NCBI GenBank assembly: GCA_937128795.1
Contig: CAKZMQ010000018.1
Span: 74,523 to 138,522, forward strand
Reading direction: 5' to 3'
Length of the DNA stretch: 64,000 bases
DNA from: an uncultured Solirubrobacterales bacterium
Lineage (GTDB): Bacteria; Actinomycetota; Thermoleophilia; Solirubrobacterales; JACPNS01
Below, piece by piece: positions 9,479 through 18,086 of this stretch; positions within the stretch are counted from its first letter, which is position 1; every line of letters starts with the position of its first letter. The position numbers and the translations under genes are program-made. Under the pieces are notes generated by a model that made no database searches, was not told where the DNA came from, and saw nothing but the letters and a program-made list of their open reading frames with translations.

Positions 9479-10627
9479 ATGCGCTTCAGATCTGAACACC
9501 GCCTTCGAAGCGCGCGCTACGTCGCGCTCGCGTTGCTTTTCACGCTCGTGCTTGCCGGCGCGCTGACGCACAGTGCCGCGAACGCGCCGACTGCCGGCGC
9601 GGCAACCTCCGTTGACCGCGCGCTCGACCGCATGGCGAAGAAGCGCCAGATCAGCAAGCGCCGCGCCAAGCGGGCCAAGAAGTTGTATAAAAATGCGCGG
9701 GTGCTGCGCAAGAAGCTCGGCCGCAAGGCGCGCAGCAAGAAGAAGCGCGCCCAGCTACGCGTGCGCCGCAGGGCGATGAATGCGCAGATCCGGCAGGTCG
9801 AGTCGCTGGCGCGCAGGGGCAAACTGAACAGCTCCCGCCTGACGCCCGTCTTCGGCACGCTGCAACAGAACACGCGCTGGTTCAAATCCAACGGCGCGCG
9901 CCCGAACGGCACCGATCGTCGCTTCAGGGGCAGCAGGATCATCTTCCAGTACTTCAGCGGCCGCGGCTGGCAGTTTCATCCGCTCAGCAACTTCTCCAAG
10001 CTCAACGCGATCTGGACGGTCGACGACCCGGCCTCTCGTCGCGCGCAGCGTGCCTACGCAAAGGAGCTGATCCGCTGGGGCGCCAAGCGCGGCGACGCGC
10101 TGGTTTGGGAGTACTACTTCCCCTACGCCGGCAGCCCGGCGCCGTTCATCAGCTCGATCTCGCAGGGCTCCGCGATCCAAGGCCTCGCCCGCGTTGCCTA
10201 CCGGATGAACAACAAGGCGATCATGCGCGCCGCCAAACGAGGATTGATTCCGTTCAACACCCCCGCGCCGCGTGGACTGCGCGTAAAGCGCGACGGTGGC
10301 TACCACTATCTCGGCTACTCCGGCACGAAGAAACAGATCATCCTCAACATGTTCGTGCAGTCGGTCAACGCCGTCCGCGACTACGCGCTGATCGCCGACG
10401 ACAAAGACGGTCGCGTGCTCTACAAGAAGGGTCTGGCGGCGGCCAACAAGGTTTCGCCGCACTTCGATACCGGCTCCTGGTCGCTCTACAGCCTGCGTGG
10501 TCCCAAGTCGAGCCTGCATTACCACCGGCTGACGATCACCTTCCTTACCGCGCTCTGCCGCAGCAGCAAGGAAGACCGCATCTGCAGGACGCGCGACAAG
10601 TTTCAGCGCTATCTCGACAAACGCTGA
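9479..10627 (+). CDS. Secreted D-glucuronyl C5-epimerase C-terminal-domain-like protein (tandem paralogue)
   Basis: 382 aa with a signal peptide. It is collinear with the upstream gene (FQYFSGRGWQFHPLSNFSKLNAIW, FISSISQGSAIQGLARVA, LNMFVQSVNAVRDY, WSLYSLRGPKSSLHYHRL). Confidence 0.6.
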   Translation: MRFRSEHRLRSARYVALALLFTLVLAGALTHSAANAPTAGAATSVDRALDRMAKKRQISKRRAKRAKKLYKNARVLRKKLGRKARSKKKRAQLRVRRRAMNAQIRQVESLARRGKLNSSRLTPVFGTLQQNTRWFKSNGARPNGTDRRFRGSRIIFQYFSGRGWQFHPLSNFSKLNAIWTVDDPASRRAQRAYAKELIRWGAKRGDALVWEYYFPYAGSPAPFISSISQGSAIQGLARVAYRMNNKAIMRAAKRGLIPFNTPAPRGLRVKRDGGYHYLGYSGTKKQIILNMFVQSVNAVRDYALIADDKDGRVLYKKGLAAANKVSPHFDTGSWSLYSLRGPKSSLHYHRLTITFLTALCRSSKEDRICRTRDKFQRYLDKR

Positions 10628-10672
10628 GCCGAAATCGCAGGCTTTGCGCCCGGACGTGGAATAATTCGGCCG

Positions 10673-11872
10673 GTGACACCGCGCACCATCCTCTACACGG
10701 GCAAGGGCGGCGTCGGCAAAACCAGCGTCGCCACCGCCACTGCTCTCGCCTGTGCGAACAGTGGCCTGCGCACGGTCGTGATGAGCACCGACCCGGCGCA
10801 CAGCCTGAGCGATTCGTTGGGTGAGCAACTCGGCTCGAAGCCTCGCGAGGTCGTGCCGAACCTCTTCGCCCAAGAAGTCCAGGCCAACGAAGAGATGGAG
10901 CGGCACTGGTCGTCCGTTCAGAGCTGGCTTACTGAGCTGCTCTCCGACCGCGGCCTCGAACGCATCACCGCCGAGGAGTTGACGGTACCGCCGGGATTTG
11001 ATGAGCTCTTCGCCCTGCTGCAGATCAAGGAGCACCACGACAGCGGTGACTACGACGTCGTGATCGTCGACTGCGCGCCGACCGGCGAGACGCTCCGCCT
11101 GCTGAGCTTTCCGGACGTCGCGAAATGGTGGATCGACAAAGTCTTCCCGTGGGAGAAGCGACTGATCAGCGCCGCGCGCCCGGTCGCCAAGGCGTTCTTG
11201 GACATCCCCTTGCCGGACAAGGCCGTCTATGACGAGATCGAACGTCTGGTCGGAAACCTCGTCTCGATGAACGACATCCTCCGCGACCACACGCACACGA
11301 GCGTGCGGCTGGTGATGACTCCCGACCGCATGGTGATCAACGAGGCGATGCGCACCTTCACATACCTCAACCTCTACGGCTACCTGACCGACGCGGTCGT
11401 CGTCAATCGACTGTTCCCCGAAGAGCTCGACGGTGGCTACTTCGAAGGTTGGCGCGCTACCCAGCAAGAGCACCTGACGGCCGTTCGTGAATCCTTCGAG
11501 CCGGTGCCTGTGCTGACCGCGCCTTACTTCGATGAGGAGGTGATCGGCCCAGCCATGTTGGCGAAGCTCGGCACGGAGGTTTTCGACGAAAGTTCAGAAC
11601 CATCCGCGGTCCTGTTTGACACACTGATCCAGGACATTTCGATCGACGGCGACGAGGCGACCTTGCTGCTTTCGCTTCCGTTCGTCGAGAAGGGAGACAT
11701 CGGATTGAACAAAATCGGCTTGGAAGTCGTCGTGCGCGTCGGCGATCAGAAGCGCACGATCATGCTGCCCTCCTCCCTGGCCGGTTTCAAGCCCCAGGGC
11801 GCGAAGGTAGAGAACGGCCGCCTGCGAGTTGACTTCAAGCGTGCCGAGAAGACCGCCGAGGCCGTCGCATGA
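10673..11872 (+). CDS. ArsA/Get3-type P-loop ATPase with an HSP20-like C-terminal domain
   Basis: Deviant Walker A GKGGVGKTS, DPAHSLSD, and VDCAPTGETLRLLSFP. The C-terminal beta-rich segment is EATLLLSLPFVEKGDIGLNKIGLEVVVRVGDQKRTIMLP. Confidence 0.85.
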   Translation: MTPRTILYTGKGGVGKTSVATATALACANSGLRTVVMSTDPAHSLSDSLGEQLGSKPREVVPNLFAQEVQANEEMERHWSSVQSWLTELLSDRGLERITAEELTVPPGFDELFALLQIKEHHDSGDYDVVIVDCAPTGETLRLLSFPDVAKWWIDKVFPWEKRLISAARPVAKAFLDIPLPDKAVYDEIERLVGNLVSMNDILRDHTHTSVRLVMTPDRMVINEAMRTFTYLNLYGYLTDAVVVNRLFPEELDGGYFEGWRATQQEHLTAVRESFEPVPVLTAPYFDEEVIGPAMLAKLGTEVFDESSEPSAVLFDTLIQDISIDGDEATLLLSLPFVEKGDIGLNKIGLEVVVRVGDQKRTIMLPSSLAGFKPQGAKVENGRLRVDFKRAEKTAEAVA

Positions 11873-12264
11873 CCGCCGGATCGCGCAGCAACGGCGGCAA
11901 TGGATCGCACCCTGGCGGCGGCTACGAGGATTTTGAGCCGCTGATTCGCGACCGCGACGACGCGTTCGCCGGCGATTGGGACAACCCGCGATCCGGGTAC
12001 GACCCGTACCAAGACTTCGCGGGCGGCGGCGGGTTTTCATCTGCAGGGAGCGGTGATCGGGGCCTCGTGGACGCGATCACGCGGATAATCGAGACCTTGG
12101 CCAGCGCCGCGGGCGACTCCCTCGCCCCCGAGACTCGCCAACAACTTGAAAAAGTGCTGCGCGACCTACTGGTCGTGTTGCGAGACGTAATCAACGCAAT
12201 GATCGAAAGGATCGACAACCGCCGTGAAGATGACTACGAGATCGAGGAAATCCCGATTGACTGA
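11869..12264 (+). CDS. Small acidic Gly-rich protein, unknown function, translationally coupled to the ATPase
   Basis: ATGA overlap with the ArsA-like stop. 131 aa with a disordered N-terminus and a helical acidic C-terminus (ETRQQLEKVLRDLLVVLRDVINAMIERIDNRREDDYEIEEIPID). Confidence 0.6.
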   Translation: MTAGSRSNGGNGSHPGGGYEDFEPLIRDRDDAFAGDWDNPRSGYDPYQDFAGGGGFSSAGSGDRGLVDAITRIIETLASAAGDSLAPETRQQLEKVLRDLLVVLRDVINAMIERIDNRREDDYEIEEIPID

Positions 12265-13462
12265 GCCGCGAGGCCGAACTGGTCTGCGGCGAGGTGGCGG
12301 GGCCGTTCTCGTTGTCACTGCTGCGGTTGCGCTCTGGGCGTGCGCCGGAGGCGCCAAGTCACCGGAATCGTCCGCGGAGGCGCCGGGCGCGACCGCCAAC
12401 GCGACGGAACCGGTCGAAACAGCGGTGAGCACGAGTGTTCGTCGTTTTGCGAGCAACGTCAACCAGGCTGTCGGACTTGCCTTCGACAACCGTGGTCGCT
12501 TGCTCTACGCCGAAAAAGACAGCGGTAGGATCGTCCGCGTTTCCGGCGGAAAGAAGCGCGTGCTCGCGCGCCTCGGAGTTACAGGTGGTGCTGAGGCCGG
12601 ATTGCTCGGATTGGCCGGCGATCGTCGCGGCAACGTCTATGCGTACTACACGACCGGCGCCGCGGGTTGCCCGAATCCAACGCGATCCTCTGGCAGTGGC
12701 GGTGACATCGACGCGCATTGCGTCTGGTCGTTCAGTCCTTCGCGCGGGCGGCTGCGCGCGAAGAAGCTCGTGTTCTCGAGCAACCACCCGAGCTCTGCGC
12801 GCAACCACGTCGGTGGCGGATTGCACTTCGGCCCCGACGGCGCGCTCTACCTCGGCCTCGGCGATCTGGGCGAGAACAGCGATCCGGACCGCGGGCCTGG
12901 CCGTGCGCAGAGCCTCGCCGTGCCGTTCGGCAAGATTCTGCGCCTGAACCCGAACGCGACCAACAAGGGAGCGAGCGGCAACCCGAAGACCTGCGGGAAC
13001 GCAGCCAACAGCAGCCAGCGCAGTATTTCTGACGGGCGCATATTCGCCTGCGGACTGCGCAATCCGTACAGCTTTGACTGGGATTCGCGCAAGCGCCTCT
13101 GGGCGATCGACGTCGGTGACAGCTGCGACGAGCTGAACATCATCCGCTCGGGCGTCAACTACGGCTGGGAGCCGCCACGCACCGACTGCGCGGGTAGCGG
13201 CGCAGGACGGGTGATCAAGCGCATCAACGGCACGCCGTCAGGAGTCGCGATTTCAAAATCAAGGGCCGCTGGAAGTTGGCGCAACGACGTCTTCTATTGC
13301 CTGTTCCTCAGCAGTGAACTGGTTCGCTACGACTCGCGCACGCGACGCGCGACGCCGGTTCGCTCGGCACGCGGTAAGTGCGGCTACGACCTGATCGCCC
13401 GCGGCAACTACATCTACATGTCCGACGGCAACGACATCCACCGGATGCGCATCAGGCGCTAG
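12224..13462 (+). CDS. PQQ-type soluble glucose/sorbosone dehydrogenase-like beta-propeller lipoprotein (start uncertain: 12224, 12230 or TTG 12257)
   Basis: Motifs: AVGLAFDNRGRLLYAEKDSGRIVRV, HVGGGLHFGPDGALYLGLGD, FGKILRLNPN, GLRNPYSFDWD, GVNYGWE. The N-terminus has the lipobox-like LWAC. Confidence 0.75.
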   Translation: MKMTTRSRKSRLTEPRGRTGLRRGGGAVLVVTAAVALWACAGGAKSPESSAEAPGATANATEPVETAVSTSVRRFASNVNQAVGLAFDNRGRLLYAEKDSGRIVRVSGGKKRVLARLGVTGGAEAGLLGLAGDRRGNVYAYYTTGAAGCPNPTRSSGSGGDIDAHCVWSFSPSRGRLRAKKLVFSSNHPSSARNHVGGGLHFGPDGALYLGLGDLGENSDPDRGPGRAQSLAVPFGKILRLNPNATNKGASGNPKTCGNAANSSQRSISDGRIFACGLRNPYSFDWDSRKRLWAIDVGDSCDELNIIRSGVNYGWEPPRTDCAGSGAGRVIKRINGTPSGVAISKSRAAGSWRNDVFYCLFLSSELVRYDSRTRRATPVRSARGKCGYDLIARGNYIYMSDGNDIHRMRIRR

Positions 13463-13475
13463 TGGCGAGGGCGCG

Positions 13476-13907
13476 ATGAGTCGGCGGCGACAGAAAAGAC
13501 CGCAGGACGAGCTTGGTCCGCGAATACTGCTGTTGCCGTTCACTCACTTTCGCCAGCTCGATGGATACCGACGCGTGGCGCTGGTCGGCGCGCTGACGAT
13601 CGCAATCTGTTCTGTCAGCGGGATTCCCGATTTCGGCTGGCTGGAAGCGACGCAGCTCTTGGTGGCGGTGAGCTGCATACGCCTGCTCGCTCGCGCAATC
13701 GAGAGCCGGCCGTTTGCCTGCCCGTTTCACGACGGCACGCTGCTCGCAGTCGGTGGAATGTGGACGGCGATAGTGACGCTGATCAATGCCTTCGATGGCG
13801 GCGAAACCCTGACCTCGGTCCTGATCGTGTTCGGCTGCACGGCATTGTTCTTGACCGGCATGCTGCTGCGGTTTGACGACCGGTCGGATTGGTTGGAGTA
13901 TGAGTAG
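13476..13907 (+). CDS. Hypothetical integral membrane protein
   Basis: 143 aa with about 4 hydrophobic segments. Third-position GC is high in this frame. Preferred over the antisense ORF 13452..13973. No recognisable family. Confidence 0.45.
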   Translation: MSRRRQKRPQDELGPRILLLPFTHFRQLDGYRRVALVGALTIAICSVSGIPDFGWLEATQLLVAVSCIRLLARAIESRPFACPFHDGTLLAVGGMWTAIVTLINAFDGGETLTSVLIVFGCTALFLTGMLLRFDDRSDWLEYE

Positions 13908-13953
13908 GAGCGATCGGGTTTTTGCAACCCGAGACACAGATACCATCGCGTGA

Positions 13954-14892
13954 ATGGCGATCGAACCCGTCACCCCGCCGTCGTTCGACGGCGTTGAAAG
14001 TGCCGACGCGCTGGCCGCTGGCCTCGAGTCCGTCGGTTACCTGCCCGGCGAGACGACGGCGCTCGTCTCGTTTCTGGCGATGCGCCTCGGCAAGCCGATC
14101 CTCGTCGAAGGTCCCGCCGGCGTCGGCAAGACTGAACTCGCGAAAGCGCTGTCGCGTTTCACTGGTCGCGAACTGATCCGCCTGCAGTGTTACGAAGGCG
14201 TCGACGAGGCCAAGGCGCTCTACGAATGGAACTACAAGAAGCAGCTCTTGCGCATCCAGGCAGGGTCCGCGCAGTCGGAGGGCAGTGGCACTGAATCTGG
14301 AGGCACCTGGGATTCCGTCCAGGACAACATCTTCTCCGAGGAGTTTCTACTGGAGCGCCCGCTGCTGCGCGCGATCGCCTCACCTGAACCGGTCGTGCTG
14401 CTGATCGACGAGATCGACAAGACCGACCATGAGTTCGAGGCGCTGCTGCTGGAGATCCTCTCCGACTTTCAGGTTTCGATCCCCGAACTCGGCGTCGTCG
14501 AGGCGACCACGCATCCGATCGTGTTGCTGACCAGCAACGACTCGCGTGAGTTGACCGAGGCGCTCAAGCGTCGTTGCCTCTACCTCTGGCTCGACTACCC
14601 GGACAACGCCCGCGAGGTCGAGATTGTCCGGCTGCACGTTCCCGAGATCGATCAGCAGGTCGCCGAGCGGCTCGTCGAGGTGATCGACATGGTCCGGCAG
14701 CTCGACGTGAAGAAGCCGCCGAGCATCAGCGAGTCGATCGACTGGGCGCGCACACTGATGTTGCTCGGAGCCGACCAGATCGACCAAAAGGTCTTCAACG
14801 ACACGATGAGCATCATCGTCAAGCACCGCACTGATCTCGACTTGGTCGCCGAGCGCGTCGGCGTAAAGCTGGGCAACGGCAACCTCGGCTGA
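13954..14892 (+). CDS. MoxR-family AAA+ ATPase
   Basis: Walker A GPAGVGKT, Walker B VLLIDEIDK, and overall MoxR/AAA_5 layout. A CoxE-type VWA partner follows. Confidence 0.88.
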   Translation: MAIEPVTPPSFDGVESADALAAGLESVGYLPGETTALVSFLAMRLGKPILVEGPAGVGKTELAKALSRFTGRELIRLQCYEGVDEAKALYEWNYKKQLLRIQAGSAQSEGSGTESGGTWDSVQDNIFSEEFLLERPLLRAIASPEPVVLLIDEIDKTDHEFEALLLEILSDFQVSIPELGVVEATTHPIVLLTSNDSRELTEALKRRCLYLWLDYPDNAREVEIVRLHVPEIDQQVAERLVEVIDMVRQLDVKKPPSISESIDWARTLMLLGADQIDQKVFNDTMSIIVKHRTDLDLVAERVGVKLGNGNLG

Positions 14893-14903
14893 CGAGGCTC
14901 GCG

Positions 14904-16364
14904 GTGTTTGCGAATCCGGCCTGGGCACGATTCACGTCCGGCGGCCCGGAGGGCGAGACCGGCGGCATCCCTCCCCTGCTCGTTGACTTCAGCCGCGAGC
15001 TGCGCGACGAGGGTATGGCGGTCGGAACCTCTGAACTGCTCGACGCATTCGGCGCGTTGGGCGAGGTCGATTGGTCGGATCGCGTGCAGTTTCGCGAGGC
15101 GCTGGCGACGACGATCGCCAAGTCTCAGCAGGATCGTGAGCTGTTCGAGCTGGTGTTCGATCGCTACTTCTTTCGCGCCGCTGAAGCCGAGGCAGTGCGG
15201 CAGGAGCAGTCATCCGAAGGTGGCAACGAGCATCCAGACGGGGCACCGCAGACTGGCGAAGCGCAAGAGGGCCAAGAGACAGACGAAACATCGGCCGACG
15301 GCGATCAACAACTCGACGCCGACGCGTTGCGCGACGCGATCATGGAGGCGCTCGCCCGCGAGGACGACGACGCATTGCGTGACCTCGCCCGCCTCGCGGT
15401 GATGACCCTCGCCGGTGGAGCCGGGAGCGGCGTGATCGGCGTCGACGTGCAGCGTGTGCGACGTTCGCTACAACTGCGTTCGCAGGATCTTCCCGGCGGC
15501 GAGGCCGGCGAGCAACTGCGCGGGCAGCTCCAGACCTTTGAACAGAACGTGCGTCGCGAGCTGGAAGCGCGGCTGATCGCCAACACCGGCAAGCTGCCGA
15601 CCGCCCGCCCGTTGAACGAACTCAACCGCGCCCTGCCGAGCGGAGGATCGGCAGATCTCGCCGCCGTGCATCGCTCGGTGAAGATGCTCAAGCGAGCGAT
15701 GGCCACGCAGGGTCTTGAGCAGCGTGGACACCAACGCGGCGGGCCGATCGACGTGCGCTCAACGATGCGATCTTCACTCGAGACCGGCGGTGTACCGCTC
15801 GACCTCAAGTACAAGCCACACAGGCCGCGGCGCCCCGAGCTGTTCGTGCTCTGCGACGTCTCGACCTCCGTGACCAGCGCGAGCACCTTCTTTCTCTCGA
15901 TCCTGCACGCGCTGCACGACTCGTTCAAGCGCCTGCGCACATTCGTCTTCATCGAGCGCGTCGCCGAAGTGACCGAGGTCTTCGAAAACGAGCGATCGTT
16001 CCGCGACGCCTCGGAGAAGATCTCCAACACGGCCGGCGTCGCCGACATCTCCGGCTACACCGACTACGGCCGCGTGTGGCTCGACTTCAACGAGCAGGTC
16101 ACAGCCGACCTCGGACCGCGATCGACCGTGATCGTCCTGGGCGACGCGCGCACCAACGGTCGCGACCCGCGCGCCGACTTGTTTGGCCTGGTCACGGCGA
16201 AGGCCGGTCGCAGCTTTTGGCTGAATCCCGAACCGCGGCTCTACTGGAACTACGGCGACTCCGTGATCGGCGTGTATGAAGAGTTCTGCAACGGCGTCTT
16301 TGAGTGCTGGACGAGCAAACAGCTCGAGGAGTTCGTGCGCGAGCTGACGGCGGTTCCGCGTTGA
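14904..16364 (+). CDS. VWA-domain protein, CoxE family
   Basis: 486 aa. MIDAS-like LFVLCDVSTSV. The C-terminal GDARTNGRDPR...FWLNPEPRLYWNYGDSV is typical of CoxE-like VWA proteins. It has an acidic low-complexity linker. Confidence 0.85.
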   Translation: MFANPAWARFTSGGPEGETGGIPPLLVDFSRELRDEGMAVGTSELLDAFGALGEVDWSDRVQFREALATTIAKSQQDRELFELVFDRYFFRAAEAEAVRQEQSSEGGNEHPDGAPQTGEAQEGQETDETSADGDQQLDADALRDAIMEALAREDDDALRDLARLAVMTLAGGAGSGVIGVDVQRVRRSLQLRSQDLPGGEAGEQLRGQLQTFEQNVRRELEARLIANTGKLPTARPLNELNRALPSGGSADLAAVHRSVKMLKRAMATQGLEQRGHQRGGPIDVRSTMRSSLETGGVPLDLKYKPHRPRRPELFVLCDVSTSVTSASTFFLSILHALHDSFKRLRTFVFIERVAEVTEVFENERSFRDASEKISNTAGVADISGYTDYGRVWLDFNEQVTADLGPRSTVIVLGDARTNGRDPRADLFGLVTAKAGRSFWLNPEPRLYWNYGDSVIGVYEEFCNGVFECWTSKQLEEFVRELTAVPR

Positions 16365-16388
16365 CGCGCGTGCTCGGTTAGACTTGCC

Positions 16389-16519
16389 CTAAGCAGTACC
16401 CGCCAGGGGAGCTCACGGCAAAGTGGGCTGAGATCGTGGATTGACGTGCCTCTCAAAGGCACAGTCGCCGTCGCGGACCCTTAGAACCTGTGGGGTAATT
16501 CCCGCGAAGGAAGCATTAG
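16389..16519 (+). promoter_or_regulatory. TPP (THI-box) riboswitch
   Basis: The conserved cores are present in order: GGGGAGC ... GCTGAGA ... ACCC ... GAACCTG..GGGTAAT.CCCGCGAAGGAAG. The AAGGAAG Shine-Dalgarno at 16507-16513 lies within the 3' side. The element ends at the ATG of the ABC ATPase. Confidence 0.85.
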
Positions 16520-17269
16520 ATGTACACGTCCAAGCAGTCATTGGCAGCCGCAAAGTTCGCGGATCTGTCGCTGACCTATACGTCTCGCGGAACGCCAGTA
16601 GTGGCCCTGTCGGGCTTCGATCTGACCGTTGGCGCGGGCGAACGTGTTGCGGTCGTCGGCCCCTCCGGCTGTGGCAAGTCGAGCCTGCTCGCGATCGCTG
16701 CCGGCCTGATTGAGCCGACCTCGGGAACGGCCGAGATCGAGGAGGCCGTCGCACTGATGCCGCAGCGCGATCTTCTAGTGCCTTGGCGTTCAGCGCTGCG
16801 AAATGCGGCGCTGGCGCTTGAAGCCCAGGGCACGCCGCGCGCCGAGGCGATCGCCGCCGCCGAGCCGTTGTTCGAACGCTTCGGACTAGCCGGTTTTGAG
16901 AACTCGCGCACCTGGGAGCTTTCCGGCGGCATGCGCCAGCGGGTCGCGTTCCTGCGCACGATGCTTGCCGGCCGCCCGCTGCTCGCGCTCGACGAGCCGT
17001 TCGGCGCGCTCGACTCGATCACGCGCGGACAGATGCAGGAGTGGCTGCTCGGTGCGCTCGCCGCGGAACCGCGAACGCTGTTGCTGGTCACGCACGACAT
17101 CGACGAGGCGCTCGCGCTCTGCTCGCGCGTAGTGATCGTCACGCCGCGACCGGGGAGCGTTGCCGCCGAACTGTCCGTCGAGCGACCGGAGGGATCGACT
17201 CGTTCGGAGTGGATCACTTCGCCCGAGTTTGCTGCCGCCAAGGCGTCGGCGCTGGAGGCGTTGTCATGA
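16520..17269 (+). CDS. thiZ: ABC transporter ATP-binding protein (NitT/TauT type), thiamine-pyrimidine (HMP/FAMP) uptake candidate
   Basis: Walker A GPSGCGKSS and signature LSGGMRQR. It is the first gene behind the TPP riboswitch. Confidence 0.7.
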   Translation: MYTSKQSLAAAKFADLSLTYTSRGTPVVALSGFDLTVGAGERVAVVGPSGCGKSSLLAIAAGLIEPTSGTAEIEEAVALMPQRDLLVPWRSALRNAALALEAQGTPRAEAIAAAEPLFERFGLAGFENSRTWELSGGMRQRVAFLRTMLAGRPLLALDEPFGALDSITRGQMQEWLLGALAAEPRTLLLVTHDIDEALALCSRVVIVTPRPGSVAAELSVERPEGSTRSEWITSPEFAAAKASALEALS

Positions 17270-18045
17270 ATGACGAACCTCGCTCGCGCACGCTGCGCAT
17301 GCTCAGCCCGATCTTCGCGTTCGTCGTGCTGATCATCTGCTGGGAGCTCTTCGCGCGCTACGCGGGGCTCGACAATCTGCTCGTCTCCGGGCCACTCGAC
17401 GTTGTCGAAGCCTTCGGCGACGAGAGCGATCTGCTTGTGGAGGCCACATGGATCACCGCGCAGGAAGCTGTGATCGGATTGTTCATGGCCTGCGTGGTCG
17501 GGATCTCGATCGGCGTGATTCTGCACCTCTCTCCCCTCCTGCGCGACGCCACGCTGCCGGTCGTCGTCGCCTCGCAGGCGGTGCCGACCGTCGTGCTCGC
17601 GCCGCTGCTCGTGATCGCCTTCGGGTTCGGCATCACGACGAAGATTTTCATCGTCGCGTTGGCGTGCTTCTTCCCGATCGTGATCGGGACGTTCGACGGT
17701 CTGCGCAGCGCCGACCCGCAGCTTCTGAATCTTTTACGCTCGCTCGGAGCCGGGCGCATGCGCGTGCTGCGACTGGCAGAGCTGCCCGCCGCGCTGCCGC
17801 GCATGCTCAGTGGTATCCGCATCGCGGCGACCTGGGCCTTCATCGCTGCCGTCTTCGCCGAATACGCCGGCTCGCAAGGCGGGCTCGGATACCTGATCGC
17901 GCGCGGCACGCCGAGCTTCGAAACCTCGCGCGTCTACGCGGCAATCCTGATTCTCACAGCTGCCTCACTGACCCTCTACGGCCTGATGGCACTCCTCGAA
18001 CGCAAGCTCGTTCCGTGGGAGCGCCACGCCGCCAACCAACGTTGA
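17266..18045 (+). CDS. thiX: ABC transporter permease (NitT/TauT type)
   Basis: Trimmed to the ATG at 17266 (ATGA overlap with the thiZ stop): MNDEPRSRTLRMLSPIFAFVVLIICWELFA. Multi-TM BPD-type permease. Confidence 0.7.
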   Translation: MNDEPRSRTLRMLSPIFAFVVLIICWELFARYAGLDNLLVSGPLDVVEAFGDESDLLVEATWITAQEAVIGLFMACVVGISIGVILHLSPLLRDATLPVVVASQAVPTVVLAPLLVIAFGFGITTKIFIVALACFFPIVIGTFDGLRSADPQLLNLLRSLGAGRMRVLRLAELPAALPRMLSGIRIAATWAFIAAVFAEYAGSQGGLGYLIARGTPSFETSRVYAAILILTAASLTLYGLMALLERKLVPWERHAANQR

Positions 18046-18086
18046 ATCCAGACCGTTTGACAACCCCCACCAACAAGGAGACCACC

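Noticed and set aside
9755-11473. 572-aa minus-strand ORF. Similar long antisense ORFs include 6060..7157, 28891..29973, 30298..31392, 35995..37269, 39245..40759, 51061..52284 and 52357..53361.
   Set aside because: These lie antisense to genes with clear family signatures. The translations are Arg/Ala/Gly/Asp-rich with no motifs, which is the usual shadow-ORF artefact of high-GC DNA.
12166-12489. 107-aa minus-strand ORF with an apparent signal-like sequence
   Set aside because: It lies entirely antisense to the junction of two well-supported plus-strand genes.
13452-13973. 173-aa minus-strand ORF overlapping 13476..13907
   Set aside because: It runs against an otherwise uninterrupted plus-strand cluster and overlaps the MoxR start. 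The product has no hydrophobic or domain pattern. The plus-strand membrane ORF is preferred, though itself only moderately supported.
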